A DNA stretch of 64,000 bases from Cyanidioschyzon merolae (Eukaryota). Positions 35,059 to 45,692 of the stretch are shown piece after piece. The notes under the pieces were generated by a model. It was not told where the DNA came from and ran no database searches. It worked only from the letters and a program-made list of their open reading frames with translations. The translations under genes and the position numbers were made by a program. Numbering within the stretch: the stretch's first letter is position 1; every line of letters begins with the position of its first letter. The stretch is taken from assembly GCA_000091205.1 (NCBI GenBank), contig AP006500.2; one strand, written 5' to 3'.

Positions 35059-36501
35059 TCAGGTCGCTGATGATGGTGCGGTCGCCTCCATCCAAGGCTC
35101 CCAAACACGCTCATAGACGTGCGGCCCCAGGAATCGCAGTTCGCGACGATCCAGTCCCGCTGCTGCCGGTTCATCCATGGATATGATGCGGCACCCGACT
35201 TTGACGCGGGCGAGATCGAGCATGCCGATACGCGGGCAAAGTAGTACGTCTGCGTCCCAGAGCATTTTCCCGTTCGTTTCAATCATGACCGATGTGAATT
35301 TGATGGATTCATCTGGTTTGGCGGCGATTTTGCGTGCCTCACGAATCTCATCATTCATTGGGTCATAGGGTTCGTCCACCATATTGTAGGCGGCTCGCCA
35401 GGCAGCCTCGTCCGCTGCGGCTTTGGCGCGTGCCGCAGCAAACGTAGCATCCTCGACCTGTTGCATGATTCTCTGGATTGCATCGAGTCGCTCCTGGGCC
35501 TCGCTGGATTCCTCGAGACCGTCGGGCATCACCACGATACCCCGTCCGCAGCCGAAATCGAACGCAGTAATCGCCGCAAGCACCCAGCGCCCGTCGCCGC
35601 AATCCCAGTGCACGAAAACATCCCCGGGTCGGGGTCGAGCAATACGCAACGCCTCGAAGAACCAGGCCACGGAAGCGTTCAGAAGTGATGCCTGCTTCGA
35701 CACCGAGACCCCGAAATCGTCGTAGAATCGACGAACAAATGCGCAAGTCGCTCGCTCTCGCTCCGCATCGAGTACGCGGTTCCCACTGAGCTTCTGCTGG
35801 GTTTCCCAGGTCATGTCGGGAAACTCTTGCACGTGATCGAACTCGGGGCCGGTTCCCTGCCATGGTACGTAGTCATCTGTGAAAATCGGATCAGTGAAAT
35901 AAATGGTTTGGAAGAAGCGCAGGCCGCTCGTATCGTTGTAGGCCCACTTGCGCGTGGGTCCAATGCGCCGTCCCAGTTCCTCCAGGATCGCCTCCGACAG
36001 CTCCCGAGGCAGCGCTTGGAAGAACGCGTCACGCTCAAGAATGTAGTCGGGGTCAAACTCTATGGGCGGGAACGGCTGCCGCGGCTGGTTCACCGCGAAC
36101 TCGTAGCCCGGTCGATCCCCCGCTGGCCAGTACATGTCGTGTTTCAGTTCGGGGTGCTGTTCCAGGAACTTGTCCGGCGGGATCGAGTAGTCGACGTCTT
36201 CTCGAATGAATTTGACGCCTTTCGAAGCGGTTTCCATGATGCGCTCCAGCTTCGCGGCTGCGGCCTTGTGATATGCGTCCCATTCGGAGAGAATACGGTC
36301 TACCTCGGCATCATCCATCGGTTCGATACGCCTCTTTGGGTCACCACTTGCATTCTCTTTGGCAACGTACTCAACAAGTTTGTCCAGAAAGACGTTATCC
36401 TCGAAGAGCTGAGAAAAGCAGGGGTCTGGCCGTCGGTAGGCCCGTTCAAGCAGTGCGACATAGAAAGAAATCGGAGGATGGGGTGGTCGCTTCAATATCA
36501 T
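35059..36501 (-). CDS. Conserved-looking hypothetical protein (480 aa from MILKRPP; up to 593 aa if the R-rich upstream extension is real); no family recognised
   Basis: A long intact ORF with balanced, non-repetitive composition and several Trp/Asp-rich blocks (WPAGDRPGYEF, VHWDCGDGRWVLAAITAFDFGCGRGIVVMPDGL). ATG at 36501; an alternative upstream ATG at about 36711. The track start at 36840 is a GTG. Confidence 0.55.
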   Translation of the reverse strand: MILKRPPHPPISFYVALLERAYRRPDPCFSQLFEDNVFLDKLVEYVAKENASGDPKRRIEPMDDAEVDRILSEWDAYHKAAAAKLERIMETASKGVKFIREDVDYSIPPDKFLEQHPELKHDMYWPAGDRPGYEFAVNQPRQPFPPIEFDPDYILERDAFFQALPRELSEAILEELGRRIGPTRKWAYNDTSGLRFFQTIYFTDPIFTDDYVPWQGTGPEFDHVQEFPDMTWETQQKLSGNRVLDAERERATCAFVRRFYDDFGVSVSKQASLLNASVAWFFEALRIARPRPGDVFVHWDCGDGRWVLAAITAFDFGCGRGIVVMPDGLEESSEAQERLDAIQRIMQQVEDATFAAARAKAAADEAAWRAAYNMVDEPYDPMNDEIREARKIAAKPDESIKFTSVMIETNGKMLWDADVLLCPRIGMLDLARVKVGCRIISMDEPAAAGLDRRELRFLGPHVYERVWEPWMEATAPSSAT

Positions 36502-37414
36502 ATTACTTTCATCGTGGTTCGGCGGTGAGGGTGGCTTTGTTTCCGCACGCAGTGTCCTGCGGAGCCGCACCGTCTGGACGTGTCGCCAGCAAGGGCGGCA
36601 TCCCGCGTGCTGCCTGTGCAACGTGTTCGGTCTTCGGTGCTTGCTGAATTCAGTGCAAAGGTGTGGTAAACGCAAGTCCACTATGAAGGCTGGTAGCAGT
36701 GCTCCGCTCATGAGGCGCACACGCACGTCGGCTGTGGAGTCGCTCCGAGCAGCTTTGCGTCCGGTTTCCCAGTTCTTCGTACGCAGCAGCCAGGTTAACA
36801 GTTTCCTCACAAGAGTGACCGAGGTAGAACGGTTTCCCACACTCGTTACGTTCTCTTCTCGAACAAAACCAACGCGATATTCTTCAATGAAGGGCGCTTG
36901 AGTCGCCAGCGGACGTCGGTGCCGTTGACACGGCCTGCTATGTGCTTGCTGAACGGCGATCGACGGTGATAGTCGTGTACCGCGGGCGAAACAAACGCTG
37001 ACGAAATCATCGTTCTAGCGGTAGTGGCATTGCATCCATGGAATGGCTAGGAGAAACATGGCATTCATGGATCGCTCTCAAAGAGATTTACTTTCAGTGC
37101 GTTGCATGGAATGAGCAGTTCACCAGCTGAGCGCACGCCCAGGAGGCACTGCTCGGGTGCGCCCTGTCGCAGTGCGGCTAGTCAGGATGCGGCGTCTGGA
37201 GGTGCACCACCAGTCCGCACCGCGTCGCTACGCAGCACGTCGTCGATCATTGCAGAGCGATAGGCGTGAACGCGGAACCTGCCGCAGCCTGTACCCGTGT
37301 GCTTGCTCGGACGTCGACGTACACAGGAACGCTTCGCCCGTATACGTACATATCCATATACAGGCATGCGACAAGACACATATATATACTGCATCCTGGT
37401 GTGTTTCGAGCTCT

Positions 37415-38797
37415 CTAGTCCACGAAAGCATCCAAGGTGCTATCCAGGCCAAAGGCACGCTTCACCAACTCAAACGTAGTCCAAGCGATCGCGCCGGCCG
37501 GGGCATGAAAAAGCATGCGAGGTACGAGACCGGCCCAGAGGCCGCGAGCACCCTCCTCCAGAGCCACTGCCCGGAACGCTACCCACATGTTCCGATAACG
37601 TCGTGCCCCTGCTTCGCCTTGCGTTTGGAGACGCGTTCGCACCACATCCAACGGGTTGGTCATGCCTGCGGCAGCCGCACCAGCGATAGCGCCACTCACA
37701 AAGTGCACACCATGCCGCGCGAAACCGTTTGATGGAGACTGCTGGCGGGTAGTCATGTCCTCGGACGAAATCAAAAGTGATAGCGCTTCACGGCATGCCT
37801 CGTAAACGCTAAAGTACGTTGCACTGAAAGGCACATTCATTACCAGCGCCGTGCTGTATCCGGCGTACAACGCGCGAAACCCTCCCTGCTCCCGGTAAAC
37901 TCGAAGCAAAGTATCCCATACTGAGCGGTAGTGTCGCTCGATTTGCATACGCTGCTTAACCACATCGAAAGGCGCCATGAGTCCATCGCTGAATACCGTC
38001 GCAAGTGCGCCTGCTGCAGCCACGGCAACCGGCTCCGACAAACCTCCTCGTCGTTCTGTCGTCCATGCGACTTCCGGTACGGAGCCACTACCACGAATAG
38101 CGGCTAAGGATACAAAGCGAGCTCGCAAAGCCTCATAGGTTGCAAAATAGACGGCATGTGCAGGACCTGCCGACAACGCCACTGCACCAACTCCACGCCA
38201 GAGCGCACGGAGACCGCCTTCGTCCCGCCAAATAGCTCGAACAGCGCTGATAATGGTGTAGCTGGCAAAGCCTGCCTGCCCATGATACGACTGCATCCGC
38301 GTCTTGACCAAGTCTACCGGATAAAGACAGATGTGCTCGGCAAGACCTGCGGCCCCGCCTGCGAGCATATGCTGGAGCGCTAGAGGCAAGTTGTCCTGCA
38401 AACGTGCTCTGGTGCTGGTGGTACGACCAAGTGCGTCACCGGCGCAAGCGTGCACCACTGGAGCGCGTCGTTCTATCTGTTCATGTGGTACACTGGTCTC
38501 GCTACCGACCGCGTTCTTTGGAGACGGTGCTGGCGGCTCTGCGAACGTCTGAGGTTTCCGTGGACACGTCGACTGGGCCACCGCCGCAGACGACACGGGC
38601 TCCACCGAAAACGCGCTTTCTCGTAGTGAGATCGTTGGCGATCGTTCCGCATGTACGGTTTGATGTCTATCCAACTTTGACGCGGCAGCGGGCGTACCAG
38701 TTTCAACCTCCGTTGAAAGACTCGGGCTCGAGCCGCTGGCGTTCCGTGGCCACGACACCGGCAACGTTGTACCCGCGCCGGACCGCCAACTTGCCAT
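37415..38797 (-). CDS. Mitochondrial carrier family protein, mitoferrin (MRS3/4)-like, with a long N-terminal extension
   Basis: Three carrier repeats with Px[DE]xx[KR]x[RK] signatures: LYPVDLVKTRMQS, MAPFDVVKQRMQIE and TNPLDVVRTRLQTQ. The second repeat and the following ALVMNVPF block resemble mitoferrin (NPAEVVKQRMQM...TMNVPF). The ATG at 38797 gives a presequence of about 150 aa; an alternative in-frame ATG at 38368 (MLAGGAAG) would give a canonical carrier of about 320 aa. Confidence 0.85.
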   Translation of the reverse strand: MASWRSGAGTTLPVSWPRNASGSSPSLSTEVETGTPAAASKLDRHQTVHAERSPTISLRESAFSVEPVSSAAVAQSTCPRKPQTFAEPPAPSPKNAVGSETSVPHEQIERRAPVVHACAGDALGRTTSTRARLQDNLPLALQHMLAGGAAGLAEHICLYPVDLVKTRMQSYHGQAGFASYTIISAVRAIWRDEGGLRALWRGVGAVALSAGPAHAVYFATYEALRARFVSLAAIRGSGSVPEVAWTTERRGGLSEPVAVAAAGALATVFSDGLMAPFDVVKQRMQIERHYRSVWDTLLRVYREQGGFRALYAGYSTALVMNVPFSATYFSVYEACREALSLLISSEDMTTRQQSPSNGFARHGVHFVSGAIAGAAAAGMTNPLDVVRTRLQTQGEAGARRYRNMWVAFRAVALEEGARGLWAGLVPRMLFHAPAGAIAWTTFELVKRAFGLDSTLDAFVD

Positions 38798-39974
38798 GAC
38801 TCTCTCGGAAGTCTCGAGAGTTCGCACCAAAGTCCTAGTTCTACAGCGTACCCCGTTACGTCCGAGGGTGCGGTCCGTACCCGAGCAGACGGACCCCGCC
38901 AGAACTGCCCCGCAGCGCCCGTTCGAGGGTTACGTTCGGCGACCGCCACGAGAGGCTGCAACTCCGGACCTCCCAATGCGGGCACAGGGGGAACGCTCTG
39001 TAAAGAGGTATTTGCGAGAAAGAAGCTGCCGTGTTCGCCCCGTGAAGTGTTAGGTCTGAGCTGGGGTTTCGGAGTTCTGAATGGAGGGTATCCCCATTCA
39101 GAGACACTGGGGGTGGTACACCGCAGGTTTCTACTGCGGCTGTGTTGCTGCCGGTGTCTACCTGGGCTACAGACGGGAGCGACACTGGCGGGAGCAGGGC
39201 GTCGGTCTCCGCAGTCCCCGCCAGCCGCCGCTCTTTTTTCTCGGGAAGGACCGTACGACGAAAGAGTACTTGGAGCAAAAAGGTGAGACCGGCAGTGGAG
39301 CGCTCACGCAAGGCGCTCCGCGCTCACGTCCGCAGCGCTAATCCACGTCGTTTGTTGTGTGCGTGGTGACGGTGCCCGGTGCCGCGACTGATGCCGTGTA
39401 AGGTTGGGAGGAAGAGCGCTGTAGAGGTAGGGAAAGATGGGACTGGAATGGAGAGTGCATTTTGGAAAACTGGGTTGCTAAGCCCAATTTCTAGAAGCAC
39501 GCACTGCGCTTTTGGGAGTTGCGACGCTCTCCGGGCAGGTAGCAGGCAAACGAGAGACGGAACCTTGACCTGTATCGTTGAACCCGGACGCGTGCTTGAA
39601 TATCGAAGGGATACAAGCCGCGCGGCCTGACACAATGCTTCAGGTGCAGCCTACGTCTTGACGTGGGCAAATCATGTGCATAGGCGTTGGGGGTGTTCGT
39701 AGGCGCTGTGCTCTATACAGGGACGCACATGCGTCTGGTGCGCGTTGCCTGGGGGCATGCATCTCAGCACTCGATGCGACGGATATTACGAGTCAGACCT
39801 GCAGTGATGGAAAGCCCATGTCGGATAAATTTTTCTGTTAGAGTTTCACACATGGGATGGATTATCGAGAATCACGCTCCACCGCATCGCATGCCGTATA
39901 CTGGAGGATGCAGCGCGCAACATTCACTGACGAAATCATGGTGCGACATGGGCACTGCGGCACGCGCCTAGGAA

Positions 39975-40210
39975 TGGTATGCATAACATGCAAGCACCAT
40001 AGGTACTGTGCATTTCTCTGGACTCTGTATCTTGGCTTGATATGGGCATCGTGATACCGATAACACGCAAGCACCATAGGTACTGTGCATTTCTCTGGGC
40101 TCCGTATCTTGGCTTGATATGGCCATCGTCATACCGATAACACGCAAGCACCATAGGTACTGTGCATTTCTCTGGACTCTGTATCTTGGCTTGATATGGC
40201 CATCGATGGA
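39975..40210. repeat. Minisatellite of about 76-78 bp in 3 tandem copies
   Basis: The unit gcaagcaccataggtactgtgcatttctctggactctgtatcttggcttgatatggccatcgtcataccgataacac begins at about 39991, 40067 and 40145, with 2-4 mismatches between copies. Confidence 0.85.
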
Positions 40211-40599
40211 GGCTCAACCGTATATAGGGTCTCGTCCGCCGCCACGCGATCATCGTCAGCTATGTCGCAGCATCTGCACGTCCATGCATTGCATCCTTGA
40301 CAAGCGTTCGACTGCTCGCCCCGAAAGGAATTTAACTTCACGGAGAACGGGGCAATGCACCTCGCCATACAGAGGAAACGCTCCCGCATATTGGACACGG
40401 CCATAGGCCAGAGCGCTAGCTGAAGATCATCCAGAGGTTCTGGGGGGAGTGCTCGCCACACCCGGTGTCAGATGAAAATGGAACACTGAATGGCTCGATC
40501 TCGAACTGTTTTTCGATTCCTCTCAAAATTTTCGTTTAGCTGTGAATACTCGACATACAGAGTGCAGCGTTTGAAGCATAAGGAGTCGTACGTATCGTT

Positions 40600-41330
40600 C
40601 GGATTCTCATGCGTCGAGTCTGAGTGGAACCCTGGATACGCTGCTGCCGGAATTCGTTGCGTCACCGGATTCAAGATGATTCGCGATGCCCTCGAACAAG
40701 GCTTTGTGAAGCTATCGATATCATCATCCAATGCAGACGTGCAAGCATGCACTCTTTTCCATTCCCTGTGCAAAGGTCGCTGAAATCATGCGATCTTTAG
40801 GATGTCGATCTATCCGCTTCCGAGCAACTGTTGGTCGCAGCAATTCACGCCCCCCGATTGACGAGGAAAGAAGATCGGCGTCGTCCGTTGACGTTTTCTT
40901 CACAAGCTCGTGCCGCAAGTTCACTTACTTTGCCACGTCAGCTATTCGATTCCGTTCGAGAGACAAATCACTCTCTTGTTGTGGCCGTCGACGACACCGC
41001 ATACGACAGCATCACCATACCGCTTATGGGGTTTGCTTCCAAGGGCTCCCTTCTCTTCTGTCTACATGGAAACGTGTCTTGGACTGGGAATCGAGTCATT
41101 GCAGTGATCGCTTCCAGAGGAACGTACGTCATCGCTCTGCTCCAAAGGAGCGTAGACGGATCGACACATCCCTACCTGATCCCTGGCCTGAATGATTTTT
41201 CCGTGACTCGTTTCATGATGGACAACATCTCTTTCCATACACCATCTGTTGAATGGAACAGCATGTGCTTGCGTATGCAGCGAGCAGCCTACCTGCCAAC
41301 TGGGTCGCTTCGAAAAAGCAGCCCGTGATC
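40600..41330 (+). pseudogene. Copy 1 of a diverged dispersed repeat; a degenerate, frameshifted coding copy of an unknown protein (paralog of 50908..51600)
   Basis: Three track ORFs in three different frames (40490..40783, 40731..41195, 40831..41328) together resemble the single-frame ORFs at 50908..51600. For example GFKMIRDALEQGFVKLSISSSNADVQACTLFHSLCKG matches GITMIHDAYEQGFVQWTIRSSNSSVQASILLDSLRKA, and FMMDNISFHTPSVEWNSMCLRMQRAAY matches FMMDKIAFHKSSLECNSVHLCMQRTAY. Confidence 0.55.
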
Positions 41331-42092
41331 ATAGGGCACGGCACCGGGCGCTGAGACAAAGGACGGCATCGAGGATTGCACGCTTTACCAGTCGAAGGCG
41401 TGTACAGCATGAATAAGCAAACGTTCACGCGCCACAGAGCGGCCCCCGGGAAAGGAAGCCTCGTAGACATCTGGGATTACCGGACCACAATCCAGCGTCA
41501 CCAGAGCGGTGGACGCACCCAGGATGCATACGAAGAAGATAAAAATCGCATGCGAAGCGTACATCCCAACCATCGACTATGCATCGAATGCGTTGTCCGC
41601 AGCTGGCAGCCGCGAAATCGGGGCATGCACGCTGCCATCATCACCCATGGACTGCTGACGATAAAGCAGGAGGCAAAAAGAGAGACCGGCGTTTCAGAGA
41701 CGGATCCAGGAAAGAGGAATCGGAAGCAGTCACAAAAAAATCCCGAAAATGGCAGATGCTGAATTTGATGAAAGTAGAAGGACATCAAATCTTTAGCATG
41801 TGCGCCCGTTTTCGTAGACCTGTTCCATTTCTTTCTGACATGCGCACAGCATCCCAGCGCGCTGCTACGTACTTGATACCCACCAAAGTGCATCTCGATC
41901 GCTGCAATACGTCGACCAAGACATTGAGGGCGTACCAAGGGCGCTGTGTTCATCACGCAACAAACCTGGGTCTGCGCCAAGAGCGCCTCCAGCGGCAAGC
42001 AACTGCCGCAGCTTCATTGTCTGAACCAGACCAAAACCGTCACGTATAGGTTGCAATGGCACTCGAACACGCCTTGCTCATGTCTACCTCGC

Positions 42093-43730
42093 TCAGGCTG
42101 TGATAGAGTCCAGGGCGGCTGTCTCCGCGATCCGACGTCCGCGGCTACCCGAACGGTATCCCGCAAGGAAGCGCTCCCACGGCATAATCGACTGGTGGCC
42201 GTCGCTCCAGTTCACGGCGAGGGCGTAATTCCCGACATTCATCATTTGCATCGGGTATATGTTGTCGTCAACTGAATTCGGATCCAGCAGTTGTTTGCCG
42301 GTACACTCATCCACGCATGCGGCACAACGGCACGCCCTCCGGAGTGCTGCAGGTTGAATGCGCTCCTCCATGTGATCCTGGAGCTGCACCACAATTTCAC
42401 GATGATCTGCATCCCACCTCGCTTGTGGGATGGGTACAGCTCCGAAGCGAACCCGTGCACATTCCTGAACGATGTTTTCGGCGATTCGGCGGTAGCATTG
42501 GAAAATTTCACTCGTCTCGGGGAGCGTGAGCGTTACAGGCGTTCCCGTATCGCCAGCCGCGTTGATCTCGGGCCATAGTGGCACTTGGAACGTGCTGCGA
42601 ATGCCGAACTCTCGCGATATCCGGGCGCTGTGCCCTTTTCCGAAGAGATCATAGCGTTTTCCTGTGTCCGGAGCAACGAAATAGGCCATTGACTCCACGA
42701 CTGCAATCGGCGGAACAGCCATTTTGTCTAGAAGCTGGATACCCTTCACAACGTCGGCGAACGCGAGGCGTTGCGGTGTGGTTACGACAACCGCTGCAGT
42801 GGCCTTCAGCACCTGGCCCAGGGTGATCTGAATATCACCAGTGCCAGGCGGTAAGTCCACCAAAAGGTAATCGAGTGAGCCCCAGTCGGTCTGCTGGATG
42901 AGTTGCGTGAGGAGCGAGGAAACCATGGGTCCTCGTAGCATCGCCGGATCTGAGTTGATGTAACCAAAGCTCATGAGTTTCACACCCGCACGCGTCAGCG
43001 GCACCATGAGCCCGTCTGGGGTCAGTCGAATCCGTTTCTCGTTGTGTTCGGGATTCACCATGATCGGCAGCGATGGCCCGTAGATATCCGCATCGAGAAT
43101 ACCCACTCGAGCGCCGAGCCTTGCCAGCACGAATGCCAGATTCACAGCTGTGGTGGATTTCGCTACGCCGCCTTTGGCGGACGTCACCAGAACGATGTTA
43201 GAAACCTGTGAAAGCGGATCGCGCGATCCTCCCGCTTCAGGTGCCGCTGCACTTGGCGTCTGGGCTGTTAGCCGTACGTTCGCACGCGTGACGAACGGCA
43301 GGCTCTCCGCAAGCCTCGTGCATTCCTCACGAAAACGCTCCTTAATGGGGCATGCTGGCGTCGTCAGCTCAACATCGAACGATACGGTTCCATAGTGTTC
43401 ATCACCTCCGAACTGTATATTCTTCACAAACCCCAGCGTCACAATGTCCTGCCCCAAGTCGGGGTCCACGACTGCTTTCAGCGCAGAGAGCAGTTGCTCT
43501 GTTTTATCTGCGACGCTAAGTGGACGCTCAGACTCGTTGGCACAACAGACCAATCGACGTCTTTGGGTTGAAAGCCTTACATTCCGAGCGCTTTTGACTG
43601 GCTGCCTGCAGCCGCTGCCCCAGTACCCCCTGGCGCACGCAGCACAGCCTGGTGCCCGCCGCTGCAAACGACCTGCCGCCGCGACACCTAACGAACAGAA
43701 TGCTAGACTTGTGACAGTGCCTTGCTCCAT
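42093..43730 (-). CDS. HCF101: HCF101-type Fe-S cluster scaffold (DUF59/MIP18-like, then Mrp/NBP35 P-loop ATPase, then a DUF971 C-terminal domain) with an N-terminal presequence
   Basis: DUF59: DKTEQLLSALKAVVDPDLGQDIVTLGFVKNIQF. Mrp Walker A: VTSAKGGVAKSTTAVNLAFVLARLGARVGILDADIYGPS. C-terminal DUF971-like: IVVQLQDHMEERIQPAALRRACRCAACVDE...YALAVNWSDGHQSIMPWERF. This three-domain architecture is characteristic of plastid HCF101. ATG (MEQGTVT) at 43730; the track start at 43796 is a TTG. Confidence 0.85.
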   Translation of the reverse strand: MEQGTVTSLAFCSLGVAAAGRLQRRAPGCAACARGYWGSGCRQPVKSARNVRLSTQRRRLVCCANESERPLSVADKTEQLLSALKAVVDPDLGQDIVTLGFVKNIQFGGDEHYGTVSFDVELTTPACPIKERFREECTRLAESLPFVTRANVRLTAQTPSAAAPEAGGSRDPLSQVSNIVLVTSAKGGVAKSTTAVNLAFVLARLGARVGILDADIYGPSLPIMVNPEHNEKRIRLTPDGLMVPLTRAGVKLMSFGYINSDPAMLRGPMVSSLLTQLIQQTDWGSLDYLLVDLPPGTGDIQITLGQVLKATAAVVVTTPQRLAFADVVKGIQLLDKMAVPPIAVVESMAYFVAPDTGKRYDLFGKGHSARISREFGIRSTFQVPLWPEINAAGDTGTPVTLTLPETSEIFQCYRRIAENIVQECARVRFGAVPIPQARWDADHREIVVQLQDHMEERIQPAALRRACRCAACVDECTGKQLLDPNSVDDNIYPMQMMNVGNYALAVNWSDGHQSIMPWERFLAGYRSGSRGRRIAETAALDSITA

Positions 43731-44969
43731 AGCGCTCCTCTTCTCAGAAATAGTGACCAGAAAACTTTTCGTATGGTAGCCGCTCAACACGAACAACTCG
43801 CGCTCAAAACCTCACAGCACCGAGTGCTTGGTGCAACGAACAGACGCTTCCGCGGACACAGTGCCCACACGAGAACGTCGAGTGCAGCTCGTTCGAGACG
43901 CACACACTGAGCCCTACCGCTACACACAAGGAGAAACTGTGGACACTGCTCAAGGCTGGTTGGCACCAAGCACACACCAAAAGGTAACAGCTTTCGTGCG
44001 GCTTCGAAGAAAAAGCACGCGTTGCGCTGCTGCCTTACGGAGGCTGCTCCAGCGGCTCGGGCGACGGCAGCGCAAACCGATGGCGTGGACCTGCGGTGCA
44101 CAAACGCACACGCGGTGGCAGTCCCAGAGTCGCAAAACGCCTACTCTTTCTTTTCCTGGGATCTGTCTGAGGACACAGACTCAATGGGACATTCTTCTGC
44201 TCGTTCTACTGCTGACTTTCGATGTTGTACGAGCGTTTTATGTTCATGTCCAACCTCGATGTGCCAAGTTCAACAACAAGGGTTCAAGGGATGCATCGGT
44301 AGTTTCGGGATTGAAGGACGCGCTTGCTGCTGTCGGGGTCGGAGCGCCCGCTATGCTGCGCATTTTCTGGTGTAGGCGCAATGAACTTAACCAGAATTTC
44401 CCGAATGTGCGACTGCGCTCGACACTGAACGCGGAGATCACGGTTGCTTCACAGTGACCTGTGCATCGCGTGTGCTCCATCCTGGTGTTCCCGCTCAGCA
44501 CAGCGGATGGATCCGTCTTGTGCGCCGCCGGATCCCGAGTCTTCCACGGGTGCTTGGCGAAACCCTTGAGGCATCCGTGCCGTCGTCACCACACGGCAAC
44601 AGACCGAGTTTGAGATCCCTCTACGGGCGACTGCTCGAGATGTAGCGATGGATGCATCACGGCCGCTAGCGCTTTGCAGAGGCAGCGCAATGTTGCGACA
44701 AGTGACGGGCGTTGGCTCCGGACAGCGCATACCGCATATGTGCGCACTATTCCCATACAATACCCAGACTTTGTGCAACCGCCATTCATAAACACAAGCT
44801 TGATGATTTACATAGCATTGGAGGTTTCGTTATCGAACACCTGTCCCCTGTGACGGACCGGGCAGCTTCGGCGTTCCGCGCACATCTACGGACACAATGC
44901 ACTGCCGCCAAACAACTTGTTGTTGCTTGCATCCAGGTCCATGAAAAAGCAATGATCGAGCCTGTAGGC

Positions 44970-45692
44970 TTATCGGGGTGGCATCTCAGCTTCGACGAGC
45001 TTCCCGCTCGCATACATCCATTTCCCGCGCTCTTTCACGAAGCGACTCCGTTCTATGAAGAAACCGAGGGCGCCTTCGTAGATGAGATTCGCACGAAACT
45101 GAATAAAGGATACATCGGGGCTCGCGGTCTTCTCATCAAGGACCTCCATACCCGGAAAGCGATACAAGTCGCAGAACTCCAGAATGTCTGCCTCCCAGCG
45201 GTTCCAGTCGTCCGTATAGTCCGGGTTTGTTTTCGAAGTGGTCCGCATGATAAACCCGGGTAAGCGATAGGCGAAAGCCGAGTATCGAGCACGCAAAAGC
45301 TCTTCTGCTTCTGCGGGTGCCTTTGAGTTCGTATGAAAGGGCATGCAGCAGTTCCGATACGTCCTGCCGCTCCCGCAAGCGCAGGGTATCTCCGGGTTTT
45401 GCGGGACGCGGTCTGAACGTGTTCGTTTCTTCCCAACACCATAGGAGAGGAAACCACCAAAAAGCGCACCACGGGGCAGAATGCTCCCCGAAAGATCGTT
45501 ATCTTGGTCGCGAGGCTCGTCAACGTTCCCGCCCCGGCAGGTAAGCTTCGGCACGCTTGAGCGACCTCGGTGGCGACTATGGCGCCCTGCAGCCGCTAGG
45601 AGACTCTGCCGCACAGCAAGGGCGCTTGTTCGAAGACCACGACATGGACTGCGCCCATACTTTCCCGAAAACCCCGCCAAACCGCAAAACAT
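44970..45692 (-). CDS. SEC-C motif / YchJ (UPF0225) family protein with an N-terminal presequence-like region
   Basis: SEC-C metal-binding motif PCACGSGRTYRNCC, followed by a YchJ-like NTF2-fold region (LLRARYSAFAYRLPGFIMRTT...DWNRWEADILEFCDLYRFPGMEVLDEK...FIQFRANLIYEG...FIERSRFVKERGKWMYASGKL). ATG (MFCGLAGF) at 45692. The upstream part of the track ORF (to 46052) looks non-coding. Confidence 0.65.
   Translation of the reverse strand: MFCGLAGFSGKYGRSPCRGLRTSALAVRQSLLAAAGRHSRHRGRSSVPKLTCRGGNVDEPRDQDNDLSGSILPRGALFGGFLSYGVGKKRTRSDRVPQNPEIPCACGSGRTYRNCCMPFHTNSKAPAEAEELLRARYSAFAYRLPGFIMRTTSKTNPDYTDDWNRWEADILEFCDLYRFPGMEVLDEKTASPDVSFIQFRANLIYEGALGFFIERSRFVKERGKWMYASGKLVEAEMPPR

Noticed and set aside
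35827-36528. 233-aa ORF on the plus strand
   Set aside because: It is entirely antisense to the much longer and more coherent minus-strand ORF 35059..36840. The same goes for 59316..59921 (antisense to the HSF-like gene), 44712..45263 (antisense to YchJ), 47249..48912 (antisense to PepF) and 38473..38985. High GC content produces long spurious antisense ORFs.
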